Positions 11,350 through 24,000 of a DNA stretch of 64,000 nucleotides are shown here, one piece after another; position 1 is the stretch's first letter, and every line of letters starts with the position of its first letter. The translations under genes were made by a program, and so were the position numbers. Origin of the DNA: Eledone cirrhosa (Eukaryota); assembly GCA_964016885.1 (NCBI GenBank), contig OZ024740.1, positions 414,036,001 through 414,100,000 on the forward strand. Reading direction: 5' to 3'. A model generated the notes under the pieces. That model was not told where the DNA came from, did not search any database, and saw nothing but the letters and a program-made list of their open reading frames with translations.

Positions 11350-12560
11350 CACTAGCAGGCACTAGCAATATTCAGCTACCTTGTTTATGTTCCACCTGCC
11401 TTGATACCTAGACTTCGTGGTCTTGATGTCTTGGTACAATCATTCTTGTTGCTCATTACTAATTGCACCAATATTTCAGGGAAGTACTCCCAATGATTGT
11501 GCAGGAAAATGTACGTTTACACTCATGTTACAGCCCAATGCTCGAAAGCTGGTTAACAGGGTCTGGAAATCTATTTCATAATTTGGCAAGTTATTTCTCA
11601 GGAAATCAGGCACAATCACAGAAAAGCATACCACGCTTCTTTTTCAACGCCAGACATGGTTTCGAAAAGCTGTTCATTCTGCAATAGCCACCTAATCTGT
11701 GAACCTTCAAGCACACCAGCCTTAATTTGCTCACAAGACAAGATTAAAACTTTCAGCTTAAGTATTTGAAAGAGTTACCATATTGGTCCAAGGCTTTCGC
11801 AAACTGTTTCATCAGCCCAAGCTTAATATGCAAAGGGGGAAGTAAAACGTTCTTGGGATTAAGTATCCCCTTGTTTAAAACATTCTCCTCTCCAATTTTG
11901 AACTCCCTTCTCTCTGGCCATGTCTTTCATATCCAATTGTCATTTTTTGCTAGACTCTTCCAAAGACACAAAAAGCAAGGGTACTTGTTATAACCATCTT
12001 GTAGACCAAAAAGCAATGAAATTCAAGTCCTCGCATATAATCCATTTGTGCTCCTCATACAGCCCCTTTTCAGGGACTATTTTTATACAGTCGTAGTTTT
12101 CCCTCGATGTTAAAGAATGTCCAAAGTGACCTACACCCATCTCATAATTACAATATTTGTTTCTACTTTAGGCACAAGGCAAGTAATTAACCAGTTCATT
12201 ACTGGTACTTTATTTTATCGACCCCGTAAGGATGAAAGGCAAAGTCAACCTCGGCGGGATTTGAACTCAGATCGTAAAGGGACGTAACTATGCTGGAAAG
12301 CATGGCGTCCGACCCTCTACCGATACTGCCAATCCACCGCCTCATAATTACAATATTAAGAGTACATTCGAAATACCAATTTTCATAAGAAATAGTTAAG
12401 GTTCCAACAAAACATGTCTCACCTGGTTTGCAATGATAATCTCTCTAAATCAAGCACAGCGTGGGCATAACTGCAGACAAATACTACAAATTTCACAAAT
12501 ATGAGACATGTATGATGTCAACGACCACAAAAGTGTTGTTTATTAACATTTAGTTGTATA
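11350..12560 (-). pseudogene. Decayed DNA transposase, CMC-Chapaev3-like, interrupted by a SINE
   Basis: Manual minus-strand translation gives QDGYNKYPCFLCLW, VLLPPLHIKLGLMKQFAKALD, GCNMSVNVHF and FPENIGAISNEQQE*LYQDIK...RYQGRWN, with multiple stops and frameshifts. Outer limits are approximate. Confidence 0.75.
12158..12341 (-). mobile_element. tRNA-derived SINE, full length, with 16-bp TSD
   Basis: TSD tcataattacaatatt at 12142-12157 and 12342-12357. Confidence 0.9.
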
Positions 12561-13770
12561 AAGGCCATTTCTGTCACTACGACCTTTAAAACTGGTTAGA
12601 TTAAAAATTGTGAAAGTTTCATGCTTTATATTTACTAAAGATCTTTAAACCGTGACTTATGTCATATGTGAAAAGAAATATTCACTTATCGGAACCGTTT
12701 GACACTAGGTATGGTTCCGGTTAAAGTTGTCAGCGTCTTCTCCTGTCTAAATATCCACGTGGATAAGAAATTGTACTGAGGACGTCAGTGATCAATTTCT
12801 CTCAGATATAGGTGAATGGAGTAAGCTATCATGTTATTGACTCCGGAAGTATACTGATGAGATGTTTAATAAAACAACAGGCGACACAAGCAAATCCCAC
12901 GAATCGCTTAGTTTGGTACTCTAAAGTTTACACTAATCTATAGCAATGAATAATATTGCTTTTTATAATTAGCAAAACCTAAAACGTTTGATATAGCAGA
13001 GTCGATTGAATTGACTCAAATATTTAAATATCAGAAATAAGAAAGGGATAAGTCGACATCAGCAACTGTTTTAACTAAGGATATAAAGATACGTAAACAC
13101 ATAATAAGGCAAGGTATTTGATTATGGAGCTCGTGACAGATACCATAAACTAAGAAGTGCCGCAACAAAAGACTCTCTTTGCATTTGCTCGACCTGCTGT
13201 GAATAACAGTCAAAACTGTTTCAAATTTTATCCTAAGGTTTTTAAAACTGATTGATATATACTGTGATTGTTAAGCTTCTCTCAGAGGTAAAATTAGCGT
13301 CCGGTGTAAGGGGAATTTGTTGCTACTGTGTATCAAATCTTATAAACTGACTCAAATATGCATAACTTATTACAGCTTTCTATAGACCGAACAGAATTTG
13401 CCAGTTTCAATGTTTAATATCATAAGACGAATAAGCGTCAGAGATTTTATTCAAATAATGTTATTGGAAATTGCATTTTATATTCCAGGTTTAAAATTAC
13501 TTTAGTTGTGTTAAACGATTAACGCGATGTGCTTTACAGGAATATAATGAACAATACAGTAACAATAATATTGCACATTTGGTTCACCGAAAATGTATTA
13601 AATCAACATCAGAAATATATTTCATTAAAGTCAAACAGGAAACATATTGAACGCTGCTTTATCAAACAGATTGTAGTATATTATTAAAATAAAAATGCTT
13701 ATACTTGCATATTATTGAACTCATGAGCAAACATACCGACTTATAAGCACACACGCATATATATACATAT

Positions 13771-13793
13771 ATATATATATATGTCTGTATGTG

Positions 13794-13867
<74 letters not shown>

Positions 13868-13875
13868 CACATACA

Positions 13876-13890
<15 letters not shown>
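13771..13890. repeat. Perfect palindrome built around (TA)n
   Basis: atgtctgtatgtgtatatatatatatacat (13781-13810) is the exact reverse complement of 13851-13880. Confidence 0.85.
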
Positions 13891-13938
<48 letters not shown>

Positions 13939-13939
13939 G

Positions 13940-14045
13940 ATATTAATAAATGGAAACTATATTTATAAAACCATATTTATTTCATTATATATATTTCAAG
14001 GATACCAAGTTACATTATGGTATGCCTTCATCAGACAAAATACAA
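13940..14045 (-). ncRNA. Hammerhead-like motif at the 3' end of a repeat also seen at about 41110-41185
   Basis: Minus strand reads ttgt-CTGATGA-AGGcATACCA...TGGTATCCTt-GAAA-TATATA. The downstream aaataaatatggttttataaa...tttccatttattaatat is shared with 41110-41185 (+). Confidence 0.5.
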
Positions 14046-15084
14046 TATATAACAGTTTTATAAATAGACATTGACGTACCCCTTTAAAAATTGACCGTTG
14101 TTTTTGGAGGCCATCAGGATAGTGATTTGTTTACTTTAGTAAGTCATAGTGTTAAGAGTAAGTAAAAAGATGGAGAGAGAGAGAGAGAAACGTGGAGAAA
14201 AGAAAGGGAGAGATAGATAAAGAAAAAGAAGAAAGCAAAAAGAAAAGAGAACAGAGGAAAAATAACGGGGAGATATCAAACCATCAGACAGAGAAAGAAA
14301 TCCAGAGAGAGATATATAGAGATAGAGAGAGGGGGAGAGAACGAAAACCTTAAGTTATGTCATATTAAGTTGAGTTAACAATTGGGATGAAAAGCATAAA
14401 TAAAATTAGAAATATTAATATTCATGAATGGAATATAGATATATAATATGAGAAATTACACATTGTTTAATTATGATTAGATATTTAGTTTAAAATTGAG
14501 ATCAATATATTAAAAATTGGAATTTAAACATTATAAAATATATATATTGCTAGAGAGATTATCTACCGCATATTACATACACATAGGCAAAGGTACATAC
14601 ATATATATATATACACACTCACTCAGAAAATACACATTATATCTACTCCCGCACATAATATATATATACAAAGCATAAGTGATTTTTTTTATTTATTGTC
14701 ATACATTCCCTGTGTTATTAATTAAAAATTAAAAGTTTTTAGTATATATATATAAATATATAGGATTAGCTTTCATGCATTTATGGCTGTTAAGTTATGC
14801 ATATCTGCAATCAAAAACTGCATGTGTAAGCCTGTCCATTCTCATCCATAATTCTTAGCTATACATGAATAGATATGTGTGTGCATCTTCAATTGGTAGA
14901 CACGCGTCACTCATGCATATATACAGACAGACATATAATCATAAAAAAGCATATAACACATGTATATGTATGTCAACACACACACATAGATACATTAGCC
15001 GTATATAGATATACGTATACATCAACATATAACATAGTACAATTGAGTATATAAAATACAAAAGGATTATATTTTGGAAATATA

Positions 15085-15670
15085 ATTATATCAATATAAC
15101 TTAAAAAGCAAACGAATTCTACAAATATCGAAATACTAAAATATCCCAAAATATTATAGAATATTTTAAGTTAAAATAATATGTTTAATATATTTAGTAT
15201 AGAAATTAATCTTACGTATATTTTAATCAAGATATTGAAAGGACAAACATTTGAAAATTATGAGAAGCTATCAGAATAAAAAATAAATCTAATAAAAATT
15301 ATGAGAAGCTATCAGAATAAAAACAAATCTAATAAAAATAAAAAATAAAATGAATCTAATAAAAAAATAAATAAAATGAATCTAATAAAAAATAAATCTA
15401 ATAAAAAATAAAATATTATATCAATATAACTTAAAAAACAAGGATTCTACAGATATCAAAATATTGAAAAGTTTAAAAATAAAAAATAAAAAAATTTAAA
15501 CAAATTTAAAAAAAAATAAAAAAAATATTTTAAAAAAATTTAAAAATTAAAAAAAAAATTTTAAAAACTCTTAAAATATTATAGAATATTTTAAGCTAAA
15601 TTAATATGTTTAGTATAGAAATTTATCTTACGTATATTTTATTCAAGATATTGAAAGGATAAACTTTTCT
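15085..15670 (+). repeat. Local tandem duplication (about 170 bp) plus AT-rich minisatellite
   Basis: attatatcaatataacttaaaaa...tcttacgtatatttt..tcaagatattgaaagga occurs at about 15085-15245 and about 15415-15660. aaaattatgagaagctatcagaataaaaa occurs twice between them. Confidence 0.7.
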
Positions 15671-15958
15671 AGAATAGTTTATTATATTTGTAATTATATT
15701 TATGAAGAAAATTTATAGTTGGGTACTTAACCAAAGAAAATGAAAAAGGTGAAGGAATCTAATGATTTATCGACAGGTTACATATATTAACTAAATTACT
15801 TAATTAATTAAACTACATTTTAAATTTATATTTATATTTAAACGTTGAGTTCAATCAATGTCTGCTCGTATATCTACTCCAAATATTTGTCGAGTGCTTT
15901 ATATCAGTTATAAACATATTTGCTTGTTGTATCCCAACAATTTAAATAAAACTTTTGC

Positions 15959-16042
<84 letters not shown>

Positions 16043-16113
16043 GGTAAACAGAAATAACAACACAATCGGTACAGTATATGGAAGGGATATATTGGGTTAA
16101 CTCAGGAAGATGG

Positions 16114-16149
16114 TCTTAACGTTTCGGATGCTAGTCCTTCATCAGAAGA
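16114..16149 (-). ncRNA. Minimal type I hammerhead (PLE-type)
   Basis: tctt-CTGATGA-a-GGA-ctagca-TCC-GAAA-CG-TT-aaga. The core is intact and stem III is very short and palindromic. Confidence 0.65.
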
Positions 16150-16244
16150 AAGAATGAGAAATAAGATAGATTGAGGGGACGGGCGGGTTGGAATTGGAAA
16201 AATTGTCTTTAGATAAAAATAACAGGTCCATTCATGTTGACATG

Positions 16245-16562
<318 letters not shown>

Positions 16563-16687
16563 TATATATATATATCCAGGAAGTGTAATTTGGAGTTACT
16601 GTAGGTTCACAAGGGTGAGCATTCGATGTTTAGGTTCACTTTGGTGTCGAGGTGTAGAGCTAGGCAGAGTGTATTACCATTACAAGG

Positions 16688-16772
16688 GGTCTGACGAGGC
16701 GCGGTTTACAGAGTCGGGTCAGATCGATACAGATCGAACCTTGAGCTGATCAGTGGCGAAACGCGCGTCACC
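16688..16772 (+). ncRNA. Type I hammerhead ribozyme candidate in a roughly 250-bp (TA)n-flanked element (16576-16828)
   Basis: ggt-CTGACGA(16691-16697)-G...C-GAAA(16758-16761)-C-GCGC-GTC-acc. AATAAA follows about 8 nt downstream. Confidence 0.75.
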
Positions 16773-16824
16773 AACAACCAATAAACGTAATGAAGGAGTA
16801 ACCAATCGTCCTTGTTATTTTATT

Positions 16825-16874
<50 letters not shown>

Positions 16875-17676
16875 CATTGGTTGGATATCAATTTAACTGT
16901 ACCTCTCTCTATATATAGTGTGGGTATATGCACTTTGTAATCTATGAAATTTGTGTTTTAACTATGCCAACATGTATTTATCTGAGTTTGATTATTTATG
17001 CATAAACATACTTGATAGTATTTTAGAGCGTATCATATGCTATATTATACTAAATGCAATTTACCACACAGTACTATAGTGTGTTGGTTAAGTTGTATAT
17101 TATCGCATTACTGTATTTCATTATCTTATTATAATTTTCATCTTTTAATATACTATTTTTCCTAGCCATAACCTTAATTTATATTCACCTTAAAACTCAA
17201 TACAACACGAATCACCATTTATGTTGACATTCCTTTTAAATTCACTATACAAGATACATTCAACTATCAGTTTTACAATCCCTTTCCTCCTAATAGATTT
17301 GTATGCCAAATCTACTATTATCACCCTTCAACCATTCCTTTCAAAGGGTCATGACCTCAACTAAAGTATATTACTTTTCATCTTAACACCATATGAAAAA
17401 AAACAATTTGATTTGTTAGTTCTTCAACTACCTCCAAATAAGGACATGATACTAACATACTACTAATTCTGAATAAAATCATTATTGAATAAAATTATTA
17501 TTGCTTTGAAAACAGCTGGTGATATGCATGTAAGTAAATATTCTCTTTATCTGATAGTTTGTAACTAACCTTACATAGATCAATTACTGAGAATAGCTAC
17601 AAACGATCGTAAAGCAGTGAAGTATATCTCTAATGACTTGATTTTTTATTTCATTGTTTTAACATATATATATATA

Positions 17677-17746
<70 letters not shown>

Positions 17747-17949
17747 GAGACAGAGAGAGGGTGATAGAGAGAGGGGGGATCCAGTGGTATCGTGAATGAG
17801 AATTCCACTTGTTCGATCAACTGAACTGTTACTTCGGTTACATTTGCTATGGATATCAGTGAGTTGCTATGCCACACACACATACGTCTTCCTTAAAGCC
17901 TTCTGATAACAGAATTAGCATTATACTGTGAGCAGTAGGGTTGGCTCAG

Positions 17950-18480
17950 ACTATGAAGATTGATGGCGGATTTGGGATTTCTTTTTCAAGACTGAAGCCA
18001 ACGTTGAGCGCGTGAGACAGGTGTTGCGTGACGCTCGTCGGTCAAACTGTTCGACTGATCGCAAGTGAGCTGGGCGTGAACCGCGGCAGTATTTGGAAGG
18101 TTATCACCGAATATGTGAACATGCGGAAGATTTACCGAAGCTGCTGAACGATGAGCAAAAGGGGGAGGGGTGTCTGGACATTCTTGAGCGTCTTGAAATC
18201 GAACCAGACTTGCTGGGGAGAGTCATCACCAGAGATAAGTCATGGATCCTCGCGTATGACCCGGAGACCAAGCACCAGCGCCTTCAATGGATGAGTCCGG
18301 AGTGGCCAAGTTCAAAGAAAGCAAGCATTCGAAGTCCAATGTCAAACGCATGTTTATCGCGTTCTTCGATGTCAGGGGCATCGTCCACATAGAGTCATTG
18401 CCAGAGGGACAGACGATCAACCAGCATGTCTACAAAGAGAACGTGTGATGTTTGCTTCGTTCAGTACGTAAGAAAAGGCG
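17950..18480 (+). pseudogene. Mariner transposase relic
   Basis: Contains LLGRVITRDKSWILAYDPETKHQ..QW (degenerate TGDESW..YDPETK) and FFDVRGIVH.E.LPEGQTINQHVY, with frameshifts. Confidence 0.85.
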
Positions 18481-18559
18481 ATGCCCAACGCATTTCGGAA
18501 AGTTGACGTGATGTCTGGTGTAGATCGGCTTCCAACAGTTCACGCAGTTGCTCGTCATT

Positions 18560-20986
18560 TGACCAAGAAATACCGGGATGGCGGCCGGCGGGGAATAGCC
18601 GTGTCACTAGGGGAGGACGACCCCTATAGTCTTCGTTGACACTCGTCCTAGAAGTGGTAACACGAAATGATTACACCTTGGTGGTTAAGGATAAAACGCG
18701 ACAAAATAAAGTAAATGTCAAATGATAAAATTTCATACCGGATCGGCCGTCACCCGGGTCAAAAAGGGCCGCGTCCCTCAGAGAAACCAGACTTGGGTCG
18801 AAAAATCAGCTAATTGTTCAAACCTTCCCATCACTTCGGAGCTGGAGACATCCCATAACCGGAATACTCCTACTGTTGGCCCTCCATGCTCACCACCAAG
18901 AAATCCAAAGAAAAAGAGAGAAAAATGGTCAAGGGAAGATAATAAAGAAGTCCTTGAGGCTTTCTACACTGTCATGTACTACCCATCAAATAGATCGAAT
19001 ACAGAACAGACATATATCAACTGGAAAAAGAAACATCCCGAAAACAGGGGCTATATTGACAGTAACAAACTAGCCAATATACGAAGAAATATTGTTAAAA
19101 AAAAAGTTACTAACTGATATAGAAATTGATCAAATCAAGCTATTAGCACAAAGTCAGCGAAGGGAAAATGAAACATGTGTCAGAAAAAACGGGGTAAATT
19201 GTAACACTTCGAATACCAGGGCTGGGGCGGAATCACTGACAACAGAACAAATTAAAGAAAGGACCGAAAAAGTGGAGGGAGTGCATGCTCAAGATGAAAC
19301 TCAAAATGAAAACAATGAGATTGTAAATGATAAACAAATGAATGAGAATGAACTTGCCAACTTGAAGGATGAAATTATGATCGAATGGATGAAAATGAAA
19401 GAATCTGACATGGGGCAACGAGACACCCTCCCTAAGATCCAGAACTCCAAACAGAACCAAAAGATAATACACAAGAATAACATAATTCTCAAAAACATTA
19501 TCATCACAAACAAACTAAACATTACTGATTTAAATCATCTCTATTATGCATCGGCTAAAGTCACCACTCACTTATGTGGAGTGAAAATGAAAAAAACAAA
19601 GGAATTCCTACAAGAAATCTACTTGGCAAAAGAACATCAATCGCCAAATAAACTTTCTCCAATCTGACATAGACATTTTAACAAACTACAAAGTATGTGA
19701 ACATGTTAAACAAACTAAACTTAGAAAATTGAAAAGAAAATACAGTATAAAATCAACAAGTGACATAGACATGCTGATAGAAATAATCAAGCAAAAAGTG
19801 TCGGCCAAAGCTGCTCGTATCAGGAGCTTTGAAAAGCGATCTAGATTCTATAAGGACAATAATATGTTCAAAAACAACCAAAGAAACTTCTACAGAAAAT
19901 TTGGCAAGTCAACAATAACTGCTAAATCAATACCACCCAAGAAGGAAGTGCAAGAATTCTGGGAAAAGATCTGGGCCGAAGAAAAAGTTCATAATATACA
20001 TGCCCCATGGATAGACAGACAAATGAACGATACAGCTCACCTTGAGGAACAAATATGGGAAAATATAATAGTTGAACAGTTGTGTTTGGCTCTAAGAAAA
20101 ATCAGCAAATGGAAATCCCCAGGAAAAGATATAATACCAAATTTTTGGATAAATGCCTTCACAGAGTCTCATGAGCTGTTAGCCCAACTTTACAATGAAA
20201 TAGTTAAGGAGCCAGAAAAGATACCATCATGGCTAGTTAACGGCATTACATTCCTGCTTCCGAAGAATGATGAGACAAACAATCCCAAAAACTACAGACC
20301 GATAACTTGCTTGACCACAATGTATAAAATGTTAACATCAGTCCTAACTGAATATACATATGACCACCTGATAACAAATAATCTATTCCCCAATGAGCAG
20401 AAAGGGTGTAAACGAGGCTCATATGGCTGTAAGGATCAGCTTTTGGTTAACAAAATGATACTCGAAGATTGTCATAATAGACACAAAAATCTATCAATTG
20501 ATTGGATAGATTATAAAAAAGCATTCGATAGATTGCCACACAGTTGGATTGAAAAATGTTTAGAGATTTTCAAAATATCTCCCGTTGTCAGGAGGTTCCT
20601 GTCATTCAGTATGAAGACATGGAAAACGACACTCCTTTTGAATAGTGAAAAGAAATCACTGGAAGCTGGAGAAGTTAATATTAATTGTGGAATTTTTCAG
20701 GGTGACTCTTTATCACCGCTTTTATTCTGCATCGCACTTATACCATTAAGTAAAATGCTCAATGACACAAAACATGGATATAAAGTCTATGACAAAACCA
20801 TTAAACACTTGTTCTACATGGATGACCTGCAAACTATTTGCAAAAAATGATGAACAATTGCAAGGGCTATTATCCACTGTGGATCAGTTCAGTGATGACA
20901 TTAAAATGGAATTTGGACTAGATAAATGCGCCAAAGCAACGTTCACCAGAGGAAAGCTGCTGAACATAAAGAAAGATAAATGCAAC

Positions 20987-20989
<3 letters not shown>
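18560..20989 (+). mobile_element. R4/Dong-clade LINE copy 1: full 5' end, internally deleted, frameshifted
   Basis: Highly similar to 27779-30183. RT motifs include NYRPITCL, QKGC, DYKKAFD, GIFQGDSLSP and FYMDDL. At about 20961 it jumps to the last roughly 30 nt of the element, then (TAA)n. Confidence 0.9.

Positions 20990-21040
<51 letters not shown>
20989..21040. repeat. (TAA)n microsatellite (Dong tail and Tx1 target)
   Basis: Direct observation. The repeat resumes at 26739-26787. Confidence 0.95.
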
Positions 21041-21041
<1 letters not shown>

Positions 21042-24000
21042 TTTTCTTTATTAACCACAAGGGTTTACATAAAGTAGACATTAAGGACAGTACAGGACAA
21101 TACAGGACCGTACAAATGGGCATTTATGCGTGTAAAAAAACAGAGGATGTAATAAAAAATAACAATGAAAAATTCCCCAATAGGAGGGAGACTTCCGAGG
21201 GACATTTGTGGAGAAAGCCCATTTAAAGACCACAGTGACCCTGACCACCAGGGCAAGTGCCCTCTCCCAGTTTTCCACCTTTAATTTACAGACACATACT
21301 CAGAGTAGGCCCATTCACTCGGGCCATACTTGCTTCTCTCACCCATCTTTCAACAAAATGCTGGGAAGAGAGCACTTCCCTCTCTATCCTGATTTTCCTT
21401 TTCAAATGAAATTTGAAAAAGTTAATCAGGGCATCACCGAAGAGGTAAGTGCTCGTCTTCAGCCCTTTCAAACGTGTCCACCATACTATCTCTTTCGCCA
21501 TGGCCACCAGACAGATAAAAACTGCCTGCCCTTTCCGGCTAAAGGAAGAGGGCGGGGCAATCCTCACGATGAACTCAGCTGATAGCCGGATCCGTCCTAC
21601 ACATGACAGCAGGTGTTCGACATAAACCCACAAGTAAGCAATGCTCGGACATTGGATGAGTGCGTGCAGGACGGTTTCGTCACCCTGCGCGCATCTCGGA
21701 CATACCCGGCTGACGGCACCTCCATGCCTGTAGAGTTTATCCCGAACTGGCAAAGCTCCTCGGTAGCACTGCCAGGCCAGGGATTTCTGGAAGTTGTCCA
21801 TAGGCCCCGGCCCGGAAGTCCTTCCGAAGAGATTGGCTAGTTGATTTTCGTCGACGCCTAGAGTTTCTACAAGTACGTCGTCGCTCTTCCCCTCCACTAA
21901 TCCTCTATAGAATTCCAAGATGGAGTTTCCACCGATCACATTGCTCGATTGGTCGAGGGCTGTGAGCGCCTGAAGACATCCCAGTCTCCAAGCGCTCCCT
22001 CTCGGTCTTCGCTTGACCCAGGACTGCAGCTTCGTCGAGGAAACGAGCTGGGGAAAGACGTGTCTAGCAAACGGCGACCATACCTGATCAGCGTCGAGGA
22101 AGAGGTGGAGATGTCGGAGCCTGAGCGCGTGTCTGCGCATCATCAGCCACGGCATTCCCAGCCCTCCACGTAGCGGGTGTTGACAGCAGATGGACCGCCT
22201 GACCATCGGAACGCGTCCCTTCCACAAAAAGCGAAAGAGCAAACGCTCCAGCGCAGTCAAGCGGGGCTTAGGACAAGGTACGACGGTCAGGCGGTAGTAG
22301 ATGACGGACGCGATGTACGCGTTAGTCACTTCCGCTCGACCTTTCAGTGATAGCTTCCTCTCAGCCCATTTCTGGGTGAGAGAAGCCACCCTGCTCGTCA
22401 CCTCGTCCCAGTTTTTGTCCGTCTGGAGGTCCGGACCGAACCAGACCCCTAGCAATTTAACCGGTCCGTCCGTTCAGCGCCCGACGGCGCTGTTGGACGG
22501 CATGGACCTGCCTCTCCAGGTGTCGAGCTGCAGGCCCACTGACTTTTCCTGGTTGATCATTGCTCCTGTCACCGCTTCGTATTCTCTTAGTGTAGTGCCG
22601 ATCGCCTCGATGTGTTTGGCGTTCGACACCACTACGGTGACATCGTCCGCATATGCTGACACGGATCTTCCGCATCCTAGTTCTCGCGGGACCCCCCTCA
22701 ACGTCTCCAGTTTGTGCAGTAATGACTCGAGAGTCAATACGTACAAGAGGGACGAGAGGGGACATCCTTGGCGGACCGAGCGCATGATGTTGAACGGTTC
22801 CGACAGGTGGCCGTTCACTCTCACCACAGAGCAGATGTCGCTGTGCATGGCAGCGATCCAGCCTCTGAAGACGGGCCTAAAGCCAGCCGCCCCCAGGACT
22901 GCCGCTAGGTAACCATGGTCGACCCTATCGATAGCTTTCGACTAATCTAAATTGATCAAGGACCCCCCTCCCTGTGCCAGGTTCCCTAGCTACCCTCTCT
23001 ACGATGTATAGCATGAGGTGGAGGTTGTCTTGGATGGATCTGATGGGAATGGCGCATGTCTGCGCCTCTCCCACCAGACCAGCAACGACAAGCGCCAACC
23101 TCTTTGCTAGCACCTAGGCCAAAATCTTGAACTCTGTGTTTAGCAGAGTTATAGGCCTGAAATTATCTATGTTATCCCCTTCGGATCCTTTTTCAGCAGC
23201 GCCACAGCTCCTCGGCCACAGAGCTGGGAATTCTCCCGTTCTGTTGCCAGTTGCAGTAGACGTCCGCCGAGAGGCCTCCGAACAAGTCTGGCATCTGTAC
23301 ATAAAGTTCATAGGGCAGACCATCCAAACCAGGCGATTTACCCCTTGTGCAGCCAGTCATTGCCTCCCGTACTTCAGCGGCTGTTATCGGCTTTTCGCAA
23401 CACTCCGCCTCAGTGGCCGAGAGCTGCGGCAGTCCGTCGAGGTAGACACTAAAGTCCATCAATCGATCTGGCCCGACGCTTCCCCGGAACAGCTGTGCGA
23501 AGTGTCGCTGAAAAGCTTCACACATTTTCCCGGGATCGAGTAGCATGCGCCCGTCGTGGTCCATCAAAGACCGGATCGTGGCTTTGTTGCCACGACGCGC
23601 CTCCGCCACTCGGTCCCATTGAACGGCTTTCGTCCCCTCGTGCCTGAGAGCACGCACCCTAGCTCTGACAACGCAGCCTTCGTGCTTTGCATTGAAGAAT
23701 TAGTCAAGGGCCAATTTCACCGCAAGTACGTCGGTCGCGAGGCCTTTGCTAAGCGCCTCGTCTAATTTTCTAACTAATTCTCCCTCTGCTCTATTTTTCT
23801 CTATTGCTAAAGCCTTACTAAACCTAATGAACTCTATTCTAATCGCTCTTTTCAGAGCAAACCACCACTTGTTGTTGACGATGGCTCCCGTCAATGCCCG
23901 CTTAACTAGTTCGCTAATCCGGTCTCTGTAGGCCTTGCGCGCTGGTAAGGACGCGTTTAGCTTCCAATAGCCGGGTCCTCGTCTATGAAGCCTATCTAAG

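Noticed and set aside
17480-17625. Very decayed long-stem hammerhead relics (also about 39360-39405 and 40480-40540)
   Set aside because: Two or more core positions are altered and the helices are ambiguous. They may be real relics but are not supportable by eye.
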